A stretch of DNA of 39,058 nucleotides from Desulfobacterales bacterium. GTDB taxonomy: Bacteria > Desulfobacterota > Desulfobacteria > Desulfobacterales > UBA5616. This document shows, one piece after another, positions 7,982 through 16,392 of this stretch. The DNA lies in contig JAWODC010000063.1 of NCBI GenBank assembly GCA_046483495.1, positions 1 to 39,058 on the forward strand, read 5' to 3'. The notes under the pieces were generated by a model, which searched no databases, was not told the DNA's origin, and worked only from the letters and a program-made list of their open reading frames with translations. A program made the position numbers and the translations under genes. The stretch's first letter is position 1. Each line of letters opens with the position of its first letter.

Positions 7982-10195
7982 TCATGTCCCGCACCCCAGC
8001 GTGGGCACGATGTGTTGCGATAATTTTCTTCTTTTTCGTCTTTTTTTCACCACCTGGCACAGGAGTGCCTTATAGACCGGAAAACCCGAAACCGGATCGT
8101 ATTGATGGATATCGGTCAGTTCATTGACGTTGCAGCGCTGCCATTCGGGGGGTCCTAACGGGCCGCCTCCGCCGGTGCTCACATCGACATATCCTGGTGC
8201 TATTCGGTCCGAAACAATCGCCGCCACCGTGACCTGGCCCCGAAGCGTTTTGACAACAACGGTGTCACCCGATTGGATGCCCCGGCGGGACGCGTCGCCG
8301 ACATTGATCGTGACCGTCGGTTCCGGGCGTTCCTTTATCAATTCCGGTATGCTGCGGAAGCTGGTGCGAAAATCGGATTGGATCAGGGCTCCGGAGTTGA
8401 ACACCAGGGGGTATTCGCGGGCAAGTTCCGGATTGGACAGTGGACTTTCCCGGGGCTCTTCATATTTGGGCAGGGGGTCATACCCGTAGTGAGCCAGTAT
8501 CGAGGATGAAATTTCGAACTTTCCCGAGGGGGTGTTAAAACCGGGTTTTCCATCTTGGCGCAGCAGCCCTTTTTCCCATTTTCTGTAAACCATCGGCGTA
8601 TAGGGCATCTGAAGAATCCCGCCGTTGTTTGTCAAGTCATCCAAACGGAACGGAGAACCCTTTAATGCGCAGGTCAAAATTTCTTCATGAGACCGGGGGT
8701 AAAGATGACCGTAGCCCAGCCGGTCCGCTAATTCCGCAAGTATTTCATAATCTCCCTTTGATTCACCGCAGGGGTCGATAACCCGTTCCCTTACCCGCAA
8801 TGAGGAGCCGTAATAGCAATAGGAATCGATTTCGAACCCGGTGGCCGCCGGCAGGACCAGATCCGCATAGGCGGCATCCGACGTAAACTGCCGATCCACG
8901 CAGACTAGGAAATCCAGGGCGCCCAAGGTGCGTCGCCAGAGCACCGGGTCGGGCCATGCGGTGAGGATGGAGCCGCCCATGATCATAAGGAATCGAACAG
9001 GATACGGATCATTGTCAAGCACTGCCTTGGGCAGGGCCATGGCATGGGCTTCCGCGCGATAATGGTGATACAAGGGAAACTGTTTTCTTCCAAGGGCCTT
9101 TTCCGGAGCAGGATTGGGTATGTGGTCGCGGCGATTTACGGGAAAAATATTTTCCTTCATGGTAAAACACCGACCGCCGGGCACGTCCAACTGGCCGGCC
9201 AGCGCCCAGAATATCATTGCGGCACGGATATTCTGCACGCCGCTCGGCGTGTATTCCAGGCCGGTATACATGACCGGCGCCGCACCTTCCGCCGCAGCAA
9301 TCTCCCTGGACAGCCAAATAATCGTTTCTTTTGGAATACCTGTGATTTTTTCAGCGACATCCGGCGGAAATTTTTCAGCGTAATCGGCGAATTCTTCGAA
9401 TCCAAGGCACCAATCTTCTGCAAAACGACGATCGTATCGCTCTTCGTGAATCAAAACATGGCTCATCGCCAAAGCCAATGCTCCATCGGTTCCGGGACGG
9501 ATGGGAACCCAGTGCCCCCCGGGAAGTGAGGCTGCACTGGTTTTGCGCGGGTCGATGACGATGATTCGAGCGCCTTCTTCAGAAGCTTCCTTTATCCGAT
9601 CATAGGTGATCGGTGGACTGGAAGTCGCTGGATTTGTGCCCCACACTACAATCAGATCGGCATTTTCCAGATCGGAAAACATATCGATTTTCATGGCGCC
9701 CATTGTGACATGCGGCGCGATCATGGCGAACGAGACATAGCAATAGGCGCCGGCTCCAAGGGTGTTCGGGGAACCCAGGGGGAAGAATATGCCGGCGGCC
9801 GACGAGACGGCTACGTTCCTGGGTTGCATAATATCGCAGAAGGAACGTTCAAAACAGCCCCTTCCGGTGTATACGGCGAGACTCTCGGGGCCATGGGCGT
9901 CCTTTGTCGAGACAATTTTTTCGGCAAGGAGGTCGTATGCCTCATCCCAGGAGATTTTTTCAAACCGGTAAGTGCCCTTCGGACCGATGCGCTTTAGCGG
10001 ATGAAGCAGCCGTTCCGGAGAATAAACAATGTCCTTTGCCTGGCGCCCGATTCGACACACATACGGTAGGGGCGCGTCTTCATCCGGGCGGATCTCCGCT
10101 ATTCGCTCGTTCTCATCGAAACTTACGATCACGCCACAGCCGGGACTGGCAAAACAGCACCCGCAAACAGCCGATTTTTCTTTGCGCATACCCAC
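7982..10195 (-). CDS. molybdopterin/tungstopterin oxidoreductase of the acetylene hydratase-like class; probable metallopterin-dependent ergothioneine synthase (MES) module
   Basis: N-terminal 4Fe-4S motif CGCCFASPGC...C, ERLLHPLKR, Cys ligand region GAYCYVSF, WGTNP, IRPGTDGA, ADLVLPA, TPSGK and C-terminal pterin-binding domain; no Tat signal; abuts egtD; alternative start 10189. Confidence 0.85.
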   Translation of the reverse strand: MGMRKEKSAVCGCCFASPGCGVIVSFDENERIAEIRPDEDAPLPYVCRIGRQAKDIVYSPERLLHPLKRIGPKGTYRFEKISWDEAYDLLAEKIVSTKDAHGPESLAVYTGRGCFERSFCDIMQPRNVAVSSAAGIFFPLGSPNTLGAGAYCYVSFAMIAPHVTMGAMKIDMFSDLENADLIVVWGTNPATSSPPITYDRIKEASEEGARIIVIDPRKTSAASLPGGHWVPIRPGTDGALALAMSHVLIHEERYDRRFAEDWCLGFEEFADYAEKFPPDVAEKITGIPKETIIWLSREIAAAEGAAPVMYTGLEYTPSGVQNIRAAMIFWALAGQLDVPGGRCFTMKENIFPVNRRDHIPNPAPEKALGRKQFPLYHHYRAEAHAMALPKAVLDNDPYPVRFLMIMGGSILTAWPDPVLWRRTLGALDFLVCVDRQFTSDAAYADLVLPAATGFEIDSYCYYGSSLRVRERVIDPCGESKGDYEILAELADRLGYGHLYPRSHEEILTCALKGSPFRLDDLTNNGGILQMPYTPMVYRKWEKGLLRQDGKPGFNTPSGKFEISSSILAHYGYDPLPKYEEPRESPLSNPELAREYPLVFNSGALIQSDFRTSFRSIPELIKERPEPTVTINVGDASRRGIQSGDTVVVKTLRGQVTVAAIVSDRIAPGYVDVSTGGGGPLGPPEWQRCNVNELTDIHQYDPVSGFPVYKALLCQVVKKRRKRRKLSQHIVPTLGCGT

Positions 10196-10226
10196 TAATC
10201 CACCCCCGGGCGACCGGATCGGGGGC

Positions 10227-11495
10227 CTACCGGTCGCATTGATCTACAATCAGGCGTGCCCCCTTTTTGTAAGAAATATAGAAATAAGCCCACTGCAAAA
10301 ACACGAACACCTTGTTTTTAAATCCGATTAGATAATAAATATGTATAAACAGCCATATCAGCCATGCGGGAAACCCCCCGATTTCGTAGTCACCCTTTTT
10401 CAGGACGGCCCTGCTTCTGCCGATAGTGGCGAGGCTCCCCTTATCATGATAATGAAATTCTCCCCGCAAGTTCCCCGTCACCTCCCGAAGAATGGCTTTT
10501 CCGACAAACCGCCCCTGTTGAAGGGCTACCGGAGCAATCGCCGGCAGCGGATGCTTGCCGTCCTGTGCAAAGTGGGCCTGATCTCCCGCAACGAATATAT
10601 CCGGATGCAGCTGAAGACTCAGATCCTTTTGAACGTAAATCCGGCCGATACGGTCCAGTTCTCCACCCAGTTGCAGGTTCAGGCCGGATGCCCTGATTCC
10701 GGCCGCCCAGATGACCGTTTGCGCCGGAATTTTCCCTTTTTCAGTTGTGATGCCTTCGGCATCGATGTGCGTCACTTTTAACGAGGTTTTTACCTGAACA
10801 GCCAGGGATTTTAAATCGTCCAAGGCGCTCTGTGACAGCTTTTCGGGAAACCCCGGCAATAATGCAGGGCCGGCTTCAAGGAGAAAAATACGGGCGAGTC
10901 TGGGGTCGATATTTTTGAAATCTCTTTTCATGGAATACCGGCACATTTCCCCCAGGGCACCTGCCACTTCGACGCCTGTACTGCCGCCTCCGACGATAAC
11001 GAAGGTTAACAGCTTCTCACGCTCTTCGAGATCCTCTTCAGCTTCGGCTTTTTCAAAAGCGGTAAGAATTTTTTCACGAATATCGATTGCTTCTCGTACG
11101 GATTTCAATGCAGTGGCATTCGTTTCCCATTCTTCATGGCCAAAATAAAATTTGTCAGCACCGCAGGCCATTACGAGGTAATGATAGGGCACTGTGCCAA
11201 GACTGGTGTTGACGCGCTTTGTTTGAGGATCGATCGATAAAACATCGGCCTTATATACATGAATATTTTTATGTCTTGAAAAAATGCTTCGAATGGGGAC
11301 GGCGATGTCCGATGGATTCAGCCCCGCCATGGCCACCTGGTATAACAGCGGTTGGAACAGGTGGTAATTGTTCCGGTCAAGAAGCGTGACGTGCACTTTT
11401 CCTTTTCCGGCAAGAACCTTGGCTGTATTCAGACCGGCAAAGCCCCCTCCGACAATGAGAACGTGGGTGGAATTGCTTGGGTTGTTCAACTTCAT
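10227..11495 (-). CDS. ndh: type II NADH:quinone oxidoreductase (NDH-2)
   Basis: GGGFAG, HLFQPLLYQVA, second GGGSTGVE, WAAG, AGD, C-terminal amphipathic helix. Confidence 0.93.
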   Translation of the reverse strand: MKLNNPSNSTHVLIVGGGFAGLNTAKVLAGKGKVHVTLLDRNNYHLFQPLLYQVAMAGLNPSDIAVPIRSIFSRHKNIHVYKADVLSIDPQTKRVNTSLGTVPYHYLVMACGADKFYFGHEEWETNATALKSVREAIDIREKILTAFEKAEAEEDLEEREKLLTFVIVGGGSTGVEVAGALGEMCRYSMKRDFKNIDPRLARIFLLEAGPALLPGFPEKLSQSALDDLKSLAVQVKTSLKVTHIDAEGITTEKGKIPAQTVIWAAGIRASGLNLQLGGELDRIGRIYVQKDLSLQLHPDIFVAGDQAHFAQDGKHPLPAIAPVALQQGRFVGKAILREVTGNLRGEFHYHDKGSLATIGRSRAVLKKGDYEIGGFPAWLIWLFIHIYYLIGFKNKVFVFLQWAYFYISYKKGARLIVDQCDR

Positions 11496-11602
11496 GTAGT
11501 TTAGAAATCATTGAGAGCAAGGTTTCGAGTACATTAATCCGGGCTAAAAGCATAAACTAAAAACAATTTTACCAAAAGCTACCATGAATGTTCGAAATGG
11601 CT

Positions 11603-11620
11603 ATGGGGTTTATCGTGTAT
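11603..11620. promoter_or_regulatory. 18-bp regulon motif upstream of the ndh-MES-egtD operon
   Basis: ATGGGGTTTATCGTGTAT; abuts minus-strand TAGCCA-N16-TAGCTT; 16/18 identical to the reverse complement of 23617-23634. Confidence 0.6.
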
Positions 11621-11761
11621 ATTCTGATGGATAAGCGCTTATTTGTAATTTCGGATGGATGACCACGGAAGGGGGGACAAAAAATCCGATGAGGACTTCA
11701 AACCATAGCGTTAATGGAAACATGGCCTGTGTCGGCTCTATGCATATGTTTTAATGCACAA

Positions 11762-11807
11762 ATACATTTTAAACCTGATTGAAAAAGAGGAGGGCTTTTC
11801 CTATCGT
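11762..11807 (+). promoter_or_regulatory. 18-bp motif plus sigma70 promoter upstream of the usp-ferredoxin operon
   Basis: ATACATTTTAAACCTGAT (11762-11779), then TTGAAA-N17-TATCGT (11779-11807). Confidence 0.58.
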
Positions 11808-11905
11808 ATCTCTGAAAAGCCGGCAGGAAAGCCTCAACCGGGTGACGATTCACCGCGACTATCGGGCGAAAACAGGGGTTGCAAGAAATGGCGGGGGGGG
11901 GTGAA

Positions 11906-12343
11906 ATGAAACTTGAAAAAATATTATGGCCAACGGATTTTTCTTCAAATGCGCAAGCGGCTCTTCCTTTGGTTCAATTGCTGAGTGAGCAATATGAGAC
12001 ACAAGTCCACGTTCTTTACGTTATTCCCGAATTGGCGGATCATGGCGCCTGGTATGGGGAATTCGACACCTCACATATTCAAAAGATTCATGAATGGGAA
12101 GAAAAAACGGCACAAAAACGGCTGGAAGAAATCTGTGAGGATTATTTGAAGGGCTGCCCGTTGTACGTCAAGCATATCGCCGCAGGGGATGCAGCCGAAG
12201 AAATTCTGAAAACCGCCGATAGGGAGAATGTCGACCTGGTCGTAATGGCGACGCGCGGAAGGAAAAACCGATTTTACTTCGGCAGCGTTGCCGAGGCGGT
12301 GCTTAAAAATTCGAAAAAACCCGTTTTGACCGTTCCCGTATAA
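11906..12343 (+). CDS. universal stress protein (UspA family)
   Basis: KILWPTDFS, DLVVMATRGR...FGSVAEAVL, PVLTV; start at MKLEK. Confidence 0.95.
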   Translation: MKLEKILWPTDFSSNAQAALPLVQLLSEQYETQVHVLYVIPELADHGAWYGEFDTSHIQKIHEWEEKTAQKRLEEICEDYLKGCPLYVKHIAAGDAAEEILKTADRENVDLVVMATRGRKNRFYFGSVAEAVLKNSKKPVLTVPV

Positions 12344-12383
12344 ATGGCGGACCAAATGGCACGAGACACCGAAAGGGACAAAA

Positions 12384-12581
12384 ATGGCAAAAAGCGTATA
12401 CATCGTGACCGAAGAATGTATCGGGTGTGAAAGCTGCGTCGAACTTTGCCCTGAAGTATTTGAATTCGACGCTGAAAATGAAAAGGCCGTCGTCATCATG
12501 CCCGAAAACGGAGATGAAGAATGCATTGAAGAAGCCATGGATTCCTGCCCATCCGAATGCATACATTGGACGGAAGAGTGA
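12384..12581 (+). CDS. single-cluster ferredoxin (4Fe-4S/3Fe-4S)
   Basis: CIGCESCVELCP and distal CP motif; acidic 65-aa protein. Confidence 0.93.
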   Translation: MAKSVYIVTEECIGCESCVELCPEVFEFDAENEKAVVIMPENGDEECIEEAMDSCPSECIHWTEE

Positions 12582-12637
12582 TCAGGCGGTGATCAAATCG
12601 TTAACAAGACACCCGTTTAAATTAAAAGGAGTAAATC

Positions 12638-12949
12638 ATGCCGATGCCGAAGGAATTATATCATCGTGACGTCCTGGAAAATATGGAGCAGAGCTGGCGG
12701 ACACAACTGGACAATATGACTCGGTCTCTGGACCTGATCGAGCAAAATCTCAATGAGGTGGCGGAAATGAGCGATGCGTGCACATCTGAATGGTGTACGG
12801 CGACCGAACATGTCTTGGATGATATGGCCAATGCCATCTTTACCATCAGTGAGCCCCGCTGGGCCCCCAAGGAAGACTCGCAGCACATTAAGCAGCTGAA
12901 GAGAAGAATGCATGACCTTTACACAAAATTTCAATCGCTGCAGTCCTGA
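12638..12949 (+). CDS. hypothetical helical protein
   Basis: AAAGGAG RBS, 103 aa, co-directional with usp and ferredoxin. Confidence 0.75.
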   Translation: MPMPKELYHRDVLENMEQSWRTQLDNMTRSLDLIEQNLNEVAEMSDACTSEWCTATEHVLDDMANAIFTISEPRWAPKEDSQHIKQLKRRMHDLYTKFQSLQS

Positions 12950-12975
12950 CACGCATGCCGGACGGTGGGAGAGTC

Positions 12976-14142
12976 TCAAAGGGGCAGGGCACCGTCGGTA
13001 CTTGCCCAAAACGCCCGAACGGTGGTGCCGTTGCCGATCTCTGAGATTACCTCGAACCTGCCGTCCGTCAATTCGACACGTTCCCGCATACCGTAAAGCC
13101 CCGTGCCTCTTTTGCATTCCGGGTTTGCTTGGGCTTCGAATGGGGACCTGAAGCCTTTTCCATTGTCCGTGATTTCAAGTTTCAAAAGTTTTTGGAAATC
13201 AGCGAATTGAATGTGTACGTGATCCGCACCGCTGTGTTTTGCGATATTGTTCAATGCCTCCTGAGCAACCCGAAAAATGGTGATCTTCAAGTGTTCCGCA
13301 ACGGATTCTTCGGTCAGGCCGATGCTCATCTCGATCTCGATGTTTTTGTTGATCTCGGAGAATTGCCGTGCAAGAGATTGGATGGATTTTACAATGCCGA
13401 GTCTGTCCAGGGCTTCGGGCCTCAGGTTTTTTGTAATGCGCTGAGTTTCTTCAATTGTATCCACCACAGTGGACAGTATCTTATCAAAGGAAAATCCGCT
13501 TCCGGCGGAATCCGGTACAAAAGCGGATCGGCTGGCTTCAAGCATCAGTTTGATAGCCGTGAGATTCGATCCGATGCTGTCGTGCAATTCCTTGGCAATA
13601 TATTTTCGTTCATCTTCCTGAGTCTGAAGGATTTTTACGGATAATCGGCGCAGCTCCCGCTCTGATTCTTTCAATCGTTTGATGTTTTGCCAGCGGTCTA
13701 TACTGTATCGGATGGAACGCTCCAGCAGGTTCGAATCCAACAGATCCTTTTCGATATAATCGTCAGCGCCCAACTTCATGGCGTCCATATCCAGTTCCCG
13801 GTTCCCATGCCCGGTCAACATGATGATCGGTGCGTTGAATTTTTTCTTTTTAAGTTTTTTCAAGACCGCCAAACCGTCCTTGATCCCAAGCCTGTAATCG
13901 AGTAGACATGCATCATAATGATTTTTTGGATCAATTTCGACGTCTTCGGCATCACGGACCCATTCGAGGTCATACCGGGTGTAATCGTTATCCGAAAGAG
14001 AATCCCTTATCAGGATATAATCGTCTTCATCATCTTCAATTAATAAGATATTTAGGCAATCCATTGTTTTCCAGCCTGACGGAAGGGCGCTTTCGCTCTT
14101 ATCTGATGCGCCCTCGAAGTGATTGATCTTTTTTATCTTCAT
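12976..14142 (-). CDS. hybrid receiver-histidine kinase (REC + HisKA_3 + HATPase, NarX/UhpB class), cytoplasmic
   Basis: LLIEDDEDD, LLDY, MLTG receiver; IAKELHDSIG H-box; QEALNNIAKHS, DNGKGF, GTGLYGMRER; ATG overlaps the upstream stop. Confidence 0.93.
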   Translation of the reverse strand: MKIKKINHFEGASDKSESALPSGWKTMDCLNILLIEDDEDDYILIRDSLSDNDYTRYDLEWVRDAEDVEIDPKNHYDACLLDYRLGIKDGLAVLKKLKKKKFNAPIIMLTGHGNRELDMDAMKLGADDYIEKDLLDSNLLERSIRYSIDRWQNIKRLKESERELRRLSVKILQTQEDERKYIAKELHDSIGSNLTAIKLMLEASRSAFVPDSAGSGFSFDKILSTVVDTIEETQRITKNLRPEALDRLGIVKSIQSLARQFSEINKNIEIEMSIGLTEESVAEHLKITIFRVAQEALNNIAKHSGADHVHIQFADFQKLLKLEITDNGKGFRSPFEAQANPECKRGTGLYGMRERVELTDGRFEVISEIGNGTTVRAFWASTDGALPL

Positions 14143-14543
14143 AGAATGATAAGTTTTAGGATTTGCACCAGTTTTTCGTAAGTATCCGGCTTGGTGAAAA
14201 ATGAATTGACACCATGAAGCCTGCAGAATTCAATATCGGATTCTTCACAAGACGTGGTCAATACCACAATATCGATCGCATTGAAGGCGGTATTCTTTTT
14301 TAATTTTTCAAGGACCTCGTGGCCGCTGATTTTGGGCATGTTGAGATCCAGAATGATCAATGCCGGCAACAAGGCCGGATCAGCCTTGTGGGTTTGATCC
14401 AGATAGCCCAACAATTCTTCGCCGTTTTTCACGAAGTTTACGCTATGAGATCGCGTTATCTCCTCGAAAGCATTTTGGATTAGAAACCGATCATCCGGGT
14501 CGTCTTCCGCGACCATTATTGAGGAAATGTGTTGACACCCCAT
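14139..14543 (-). CDS. single-domain response regulator (Rcp1/CheY-like)
   Basis: AEDDPDD, ILDLNMPKISG, VLTTS, FTKP. Confidence 0.92.
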   Translation of the reverse strand: MGCQHISSIMVAEDDPDDRFLIQNAFEEITRSHSVNFVKNGEELLGYLDQTHKADPALLPALIILDLNMPKISGHEVLEKLKKNTAFNAIDIVVLTTSCEESDIEFCRLHGVNSFFTKPDTYEKLVQILKLIIL

Positions 14544-14659
14544 AACAGACCTATTTATTTTTATAAAAGCTGGAATTTGAACCCGGCCTGAAATTCACAT
14601 GTGATGTTGTCTTGCCTTTCCGCGGGCATGATCGAATTCGCCGGCCACAAGTAAGAATT

Positions 14660-14688
14660 ACCGTAGAGTTTTTTTAAATGATTGTCAA
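14660..14688 (-). promoter_or_regulatory. putative sigma70 promoter of the receiver-kinase operon
   Basis: TTGACA-N17-TACGGT. Confidence 0.5.
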
Positions 14689-14789
14689 ATAGAAAAAAAA
14701 CCAACGATATCAACGGATTTAAGCAAGAGACCACCATGCGGCGGTTAGATCGCCATCAAAGGACGGGCTAACAACGGGAGAGGGTTCTT

Positions 14790-15503
14790 ATGAAAAAGGA
14801 ATTTAATTCGGACTCACTGTCAAACCATGACGGTAAAAACGGCAACCCGGCTTATGTAGGATTTCAGGGTGAGGTATTCGATGTCACCGGCAGCATGAAG
14901 TGGAAAAACGGCCTGCATATGAACCGGCATCATGCCGGACGTGATCTTACCACGGCATTCAAAGGTGCTCCACATGGTCCTGAAGTATTTGAAAGATTCT
15001 CCAAAGTCGGCACGTTTATCAAAGAGGAAACAGCGCCTCCGGCTACTGGTATTCTCCATAGGTTATTGAAGCGATATCCTTTTTTAAAGCGTCATCCGCA
15101 TCCCATGACCGTTCATTTTCCCATCGCATTGATGGTGTTCGTTTTCGCCTTTAACGTTCTATTTCTCATTACCGGTCACCGGCCTTTTCAAACAACAGCC
15201 CTGCATTGCCTTGGCATGGCGCTTCTGGCAACACCGGTGACCATTCTGACGGGGTATTATACATGGTGGCTGAACTATGGCAAAAAAACGATCAGGGCCG
15301 TAACCATCAAAAAAAGGGTTTCTTTTTCCATGTTTTTTATTGCCGTTATCCTGTTCGTCTGGCGCTTGCTGGACCCGAATGTCATCGATTCCGTCAAAGC
15401 GGCCGCGGTTATGTATTGGTCACTTCTGGTGCTCCTGATCCTCTGCGTTGTCGTGGTCGGATGGTATGGGGCCACACTCACGTTTCCATTGGATGAGGAG
15501 TAG
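14790..15503 (+). CDS. cytochrome b5-like heme-binding domain fused to a DUF2231-like membrane domain
   Basis: DGKNG-PAYV...VFDVT...W-G-H...HAG-DLT...APHG, then HPMTVHFPIA and four TM helices. Confidence 0.85.
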   Translation: MKKEFNSDSLSNHDGKNGNPAYVGFQGEVFDVTGSMKWKNGLHMNRHHAGRDLTTAFKGAPHGPEVFERFSKVGTFIKEETAPPATGILHRLLKRYPFLKRHPHPMTVHFPIALMVFVFAFNVLFLITGHRPFQTTALHCLGMALLATPVTILTGYYTWWLNYGKKTIRAVTIKKRVSFSMFFIAVILFVWRLLDPNVIDSVKAAAVMYWSLLVLLILCVVVVGWYGATLTFPLDEE

Positions 15504-15520
15504 GCCGGGGGTGCCGCAAT

Positions 15521-16375
15521 TCAGCGATAGACCCTCTCGATCGTGTCTTTTAACGTTTGGCGATTCACCCCGCTATGAACCAGCGGCTTTTCGGCAATGG
15601 CCGGAAAATTTTTTTCATACGGGGGCGTGTCGTTTTTGTAAATAACGCCGACAGGTATTCCTTCACCCCATTGTTCCGACATCTGAATGGCTTTGGCCCA
15701 GTTTTCCGGATCATATTCGGCGGGAAGATGCTTGCATCGATCATTATACCATGCGTAGGTGTTGACGTGATTGAAGGAAACACACGGCTGAAGAACATCT
15801 AAAAGGGAAAACCCGTTGTGGGTGACGGCCTTTTCAATCATGTCGATCAGGTGCTCTTCCCAACCCACAAATGAACGGGCGACAAATCCGGCTTTTAAGG
15901 CTACAGCAACGGCAAGCGGATTGAACGGCGTGAGGGCGACTCCCCCCGGCTGAGCCGGCGTAAATTGCCCCTTGTCGGTTGTAGGACTCGCCTGTCCTTT
16001 TGTCAGTCCGTAAACCTGGTTATTGTGAACGATCAAGGTAATATCGATGTTCCGCCGGATCGCCGCCAGGAAGTGGTTGCCGCCTTCGCCGTAAGTGCAG
16101 CCGTCACCGCTTTCCGCGATGACGGTAAGGTCTGGATTGGCGAGTTTAGCGCCGGTGGCTACGGGCAAAAATCTTCCATGCAGGCCATTGAAGATGTTGG
16201 CGTTTATATAGTGCGCTGCTTTAGCCGCCTGCCCGATGCCGGAAACCACAAGAAGCTGGTGGGGGTGCAGGTCGAGATTGGCAAGTGCCTGCTTTAAGCA
16301 TTTCAGAAGCGGAAAATTTCCGCAACCCGGGCACCAGGCGGTTTTATAGTCGCCGAATTCATTAACATCCATCAT
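15521..16375 (-). CDS. 2-oxoacid:ferredoxin oxidoreductase beta subunit
   Basis: WCPGCGN, SGIG, LHGR, TPP motif GDG...NN, YGLTKGQASPT, QPCVSFN. Confidence 0.95.
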   Translation of the reverse strand: MMDVNEFGDYKTAWCPGCGNFPLLKCLKQALANLDLHPHQLLVVSGIGQAAKAAHYINANIFNGLHGRFLPVATGAKLANPDLTVIAESGDGCTYGEGGNHFLAAIRRNIDITLIVHNNQVYGLTKGQASPTTDKGQFTPAQPGGVALTPFNPLAVAVALKAGFVARSFVGWEEHLIDMIEKAVTHNGFSLLDVLQPCVSFNHVNTYAWYNDRCKHLPAEYDPENWAKAIQMSEQWGEGIPVGVIYKNDTPPYEKNFPAIAEKPLVHSGVNRQTLKDTIERVYR

Positions 16376-16392
16376 GGGTTTTTACTCCTTTT

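Noticed and set aside
7800..7984. Possible selenocysteine readthrough of the TGA ending the metallopterin enzyme
   Set aside because: The readthrough frame gives no recognisable domain, overlaps egtD, and I see no SECIS-like hairpin; ATGA is better explained as translational coupling
14649..14666. Possible extra motif copy AAGTAAGAATTACCGTAG overlapping the kinase-operon -10
   Set aside because: Only the right half matches and the geometry differs; not counted among the sites
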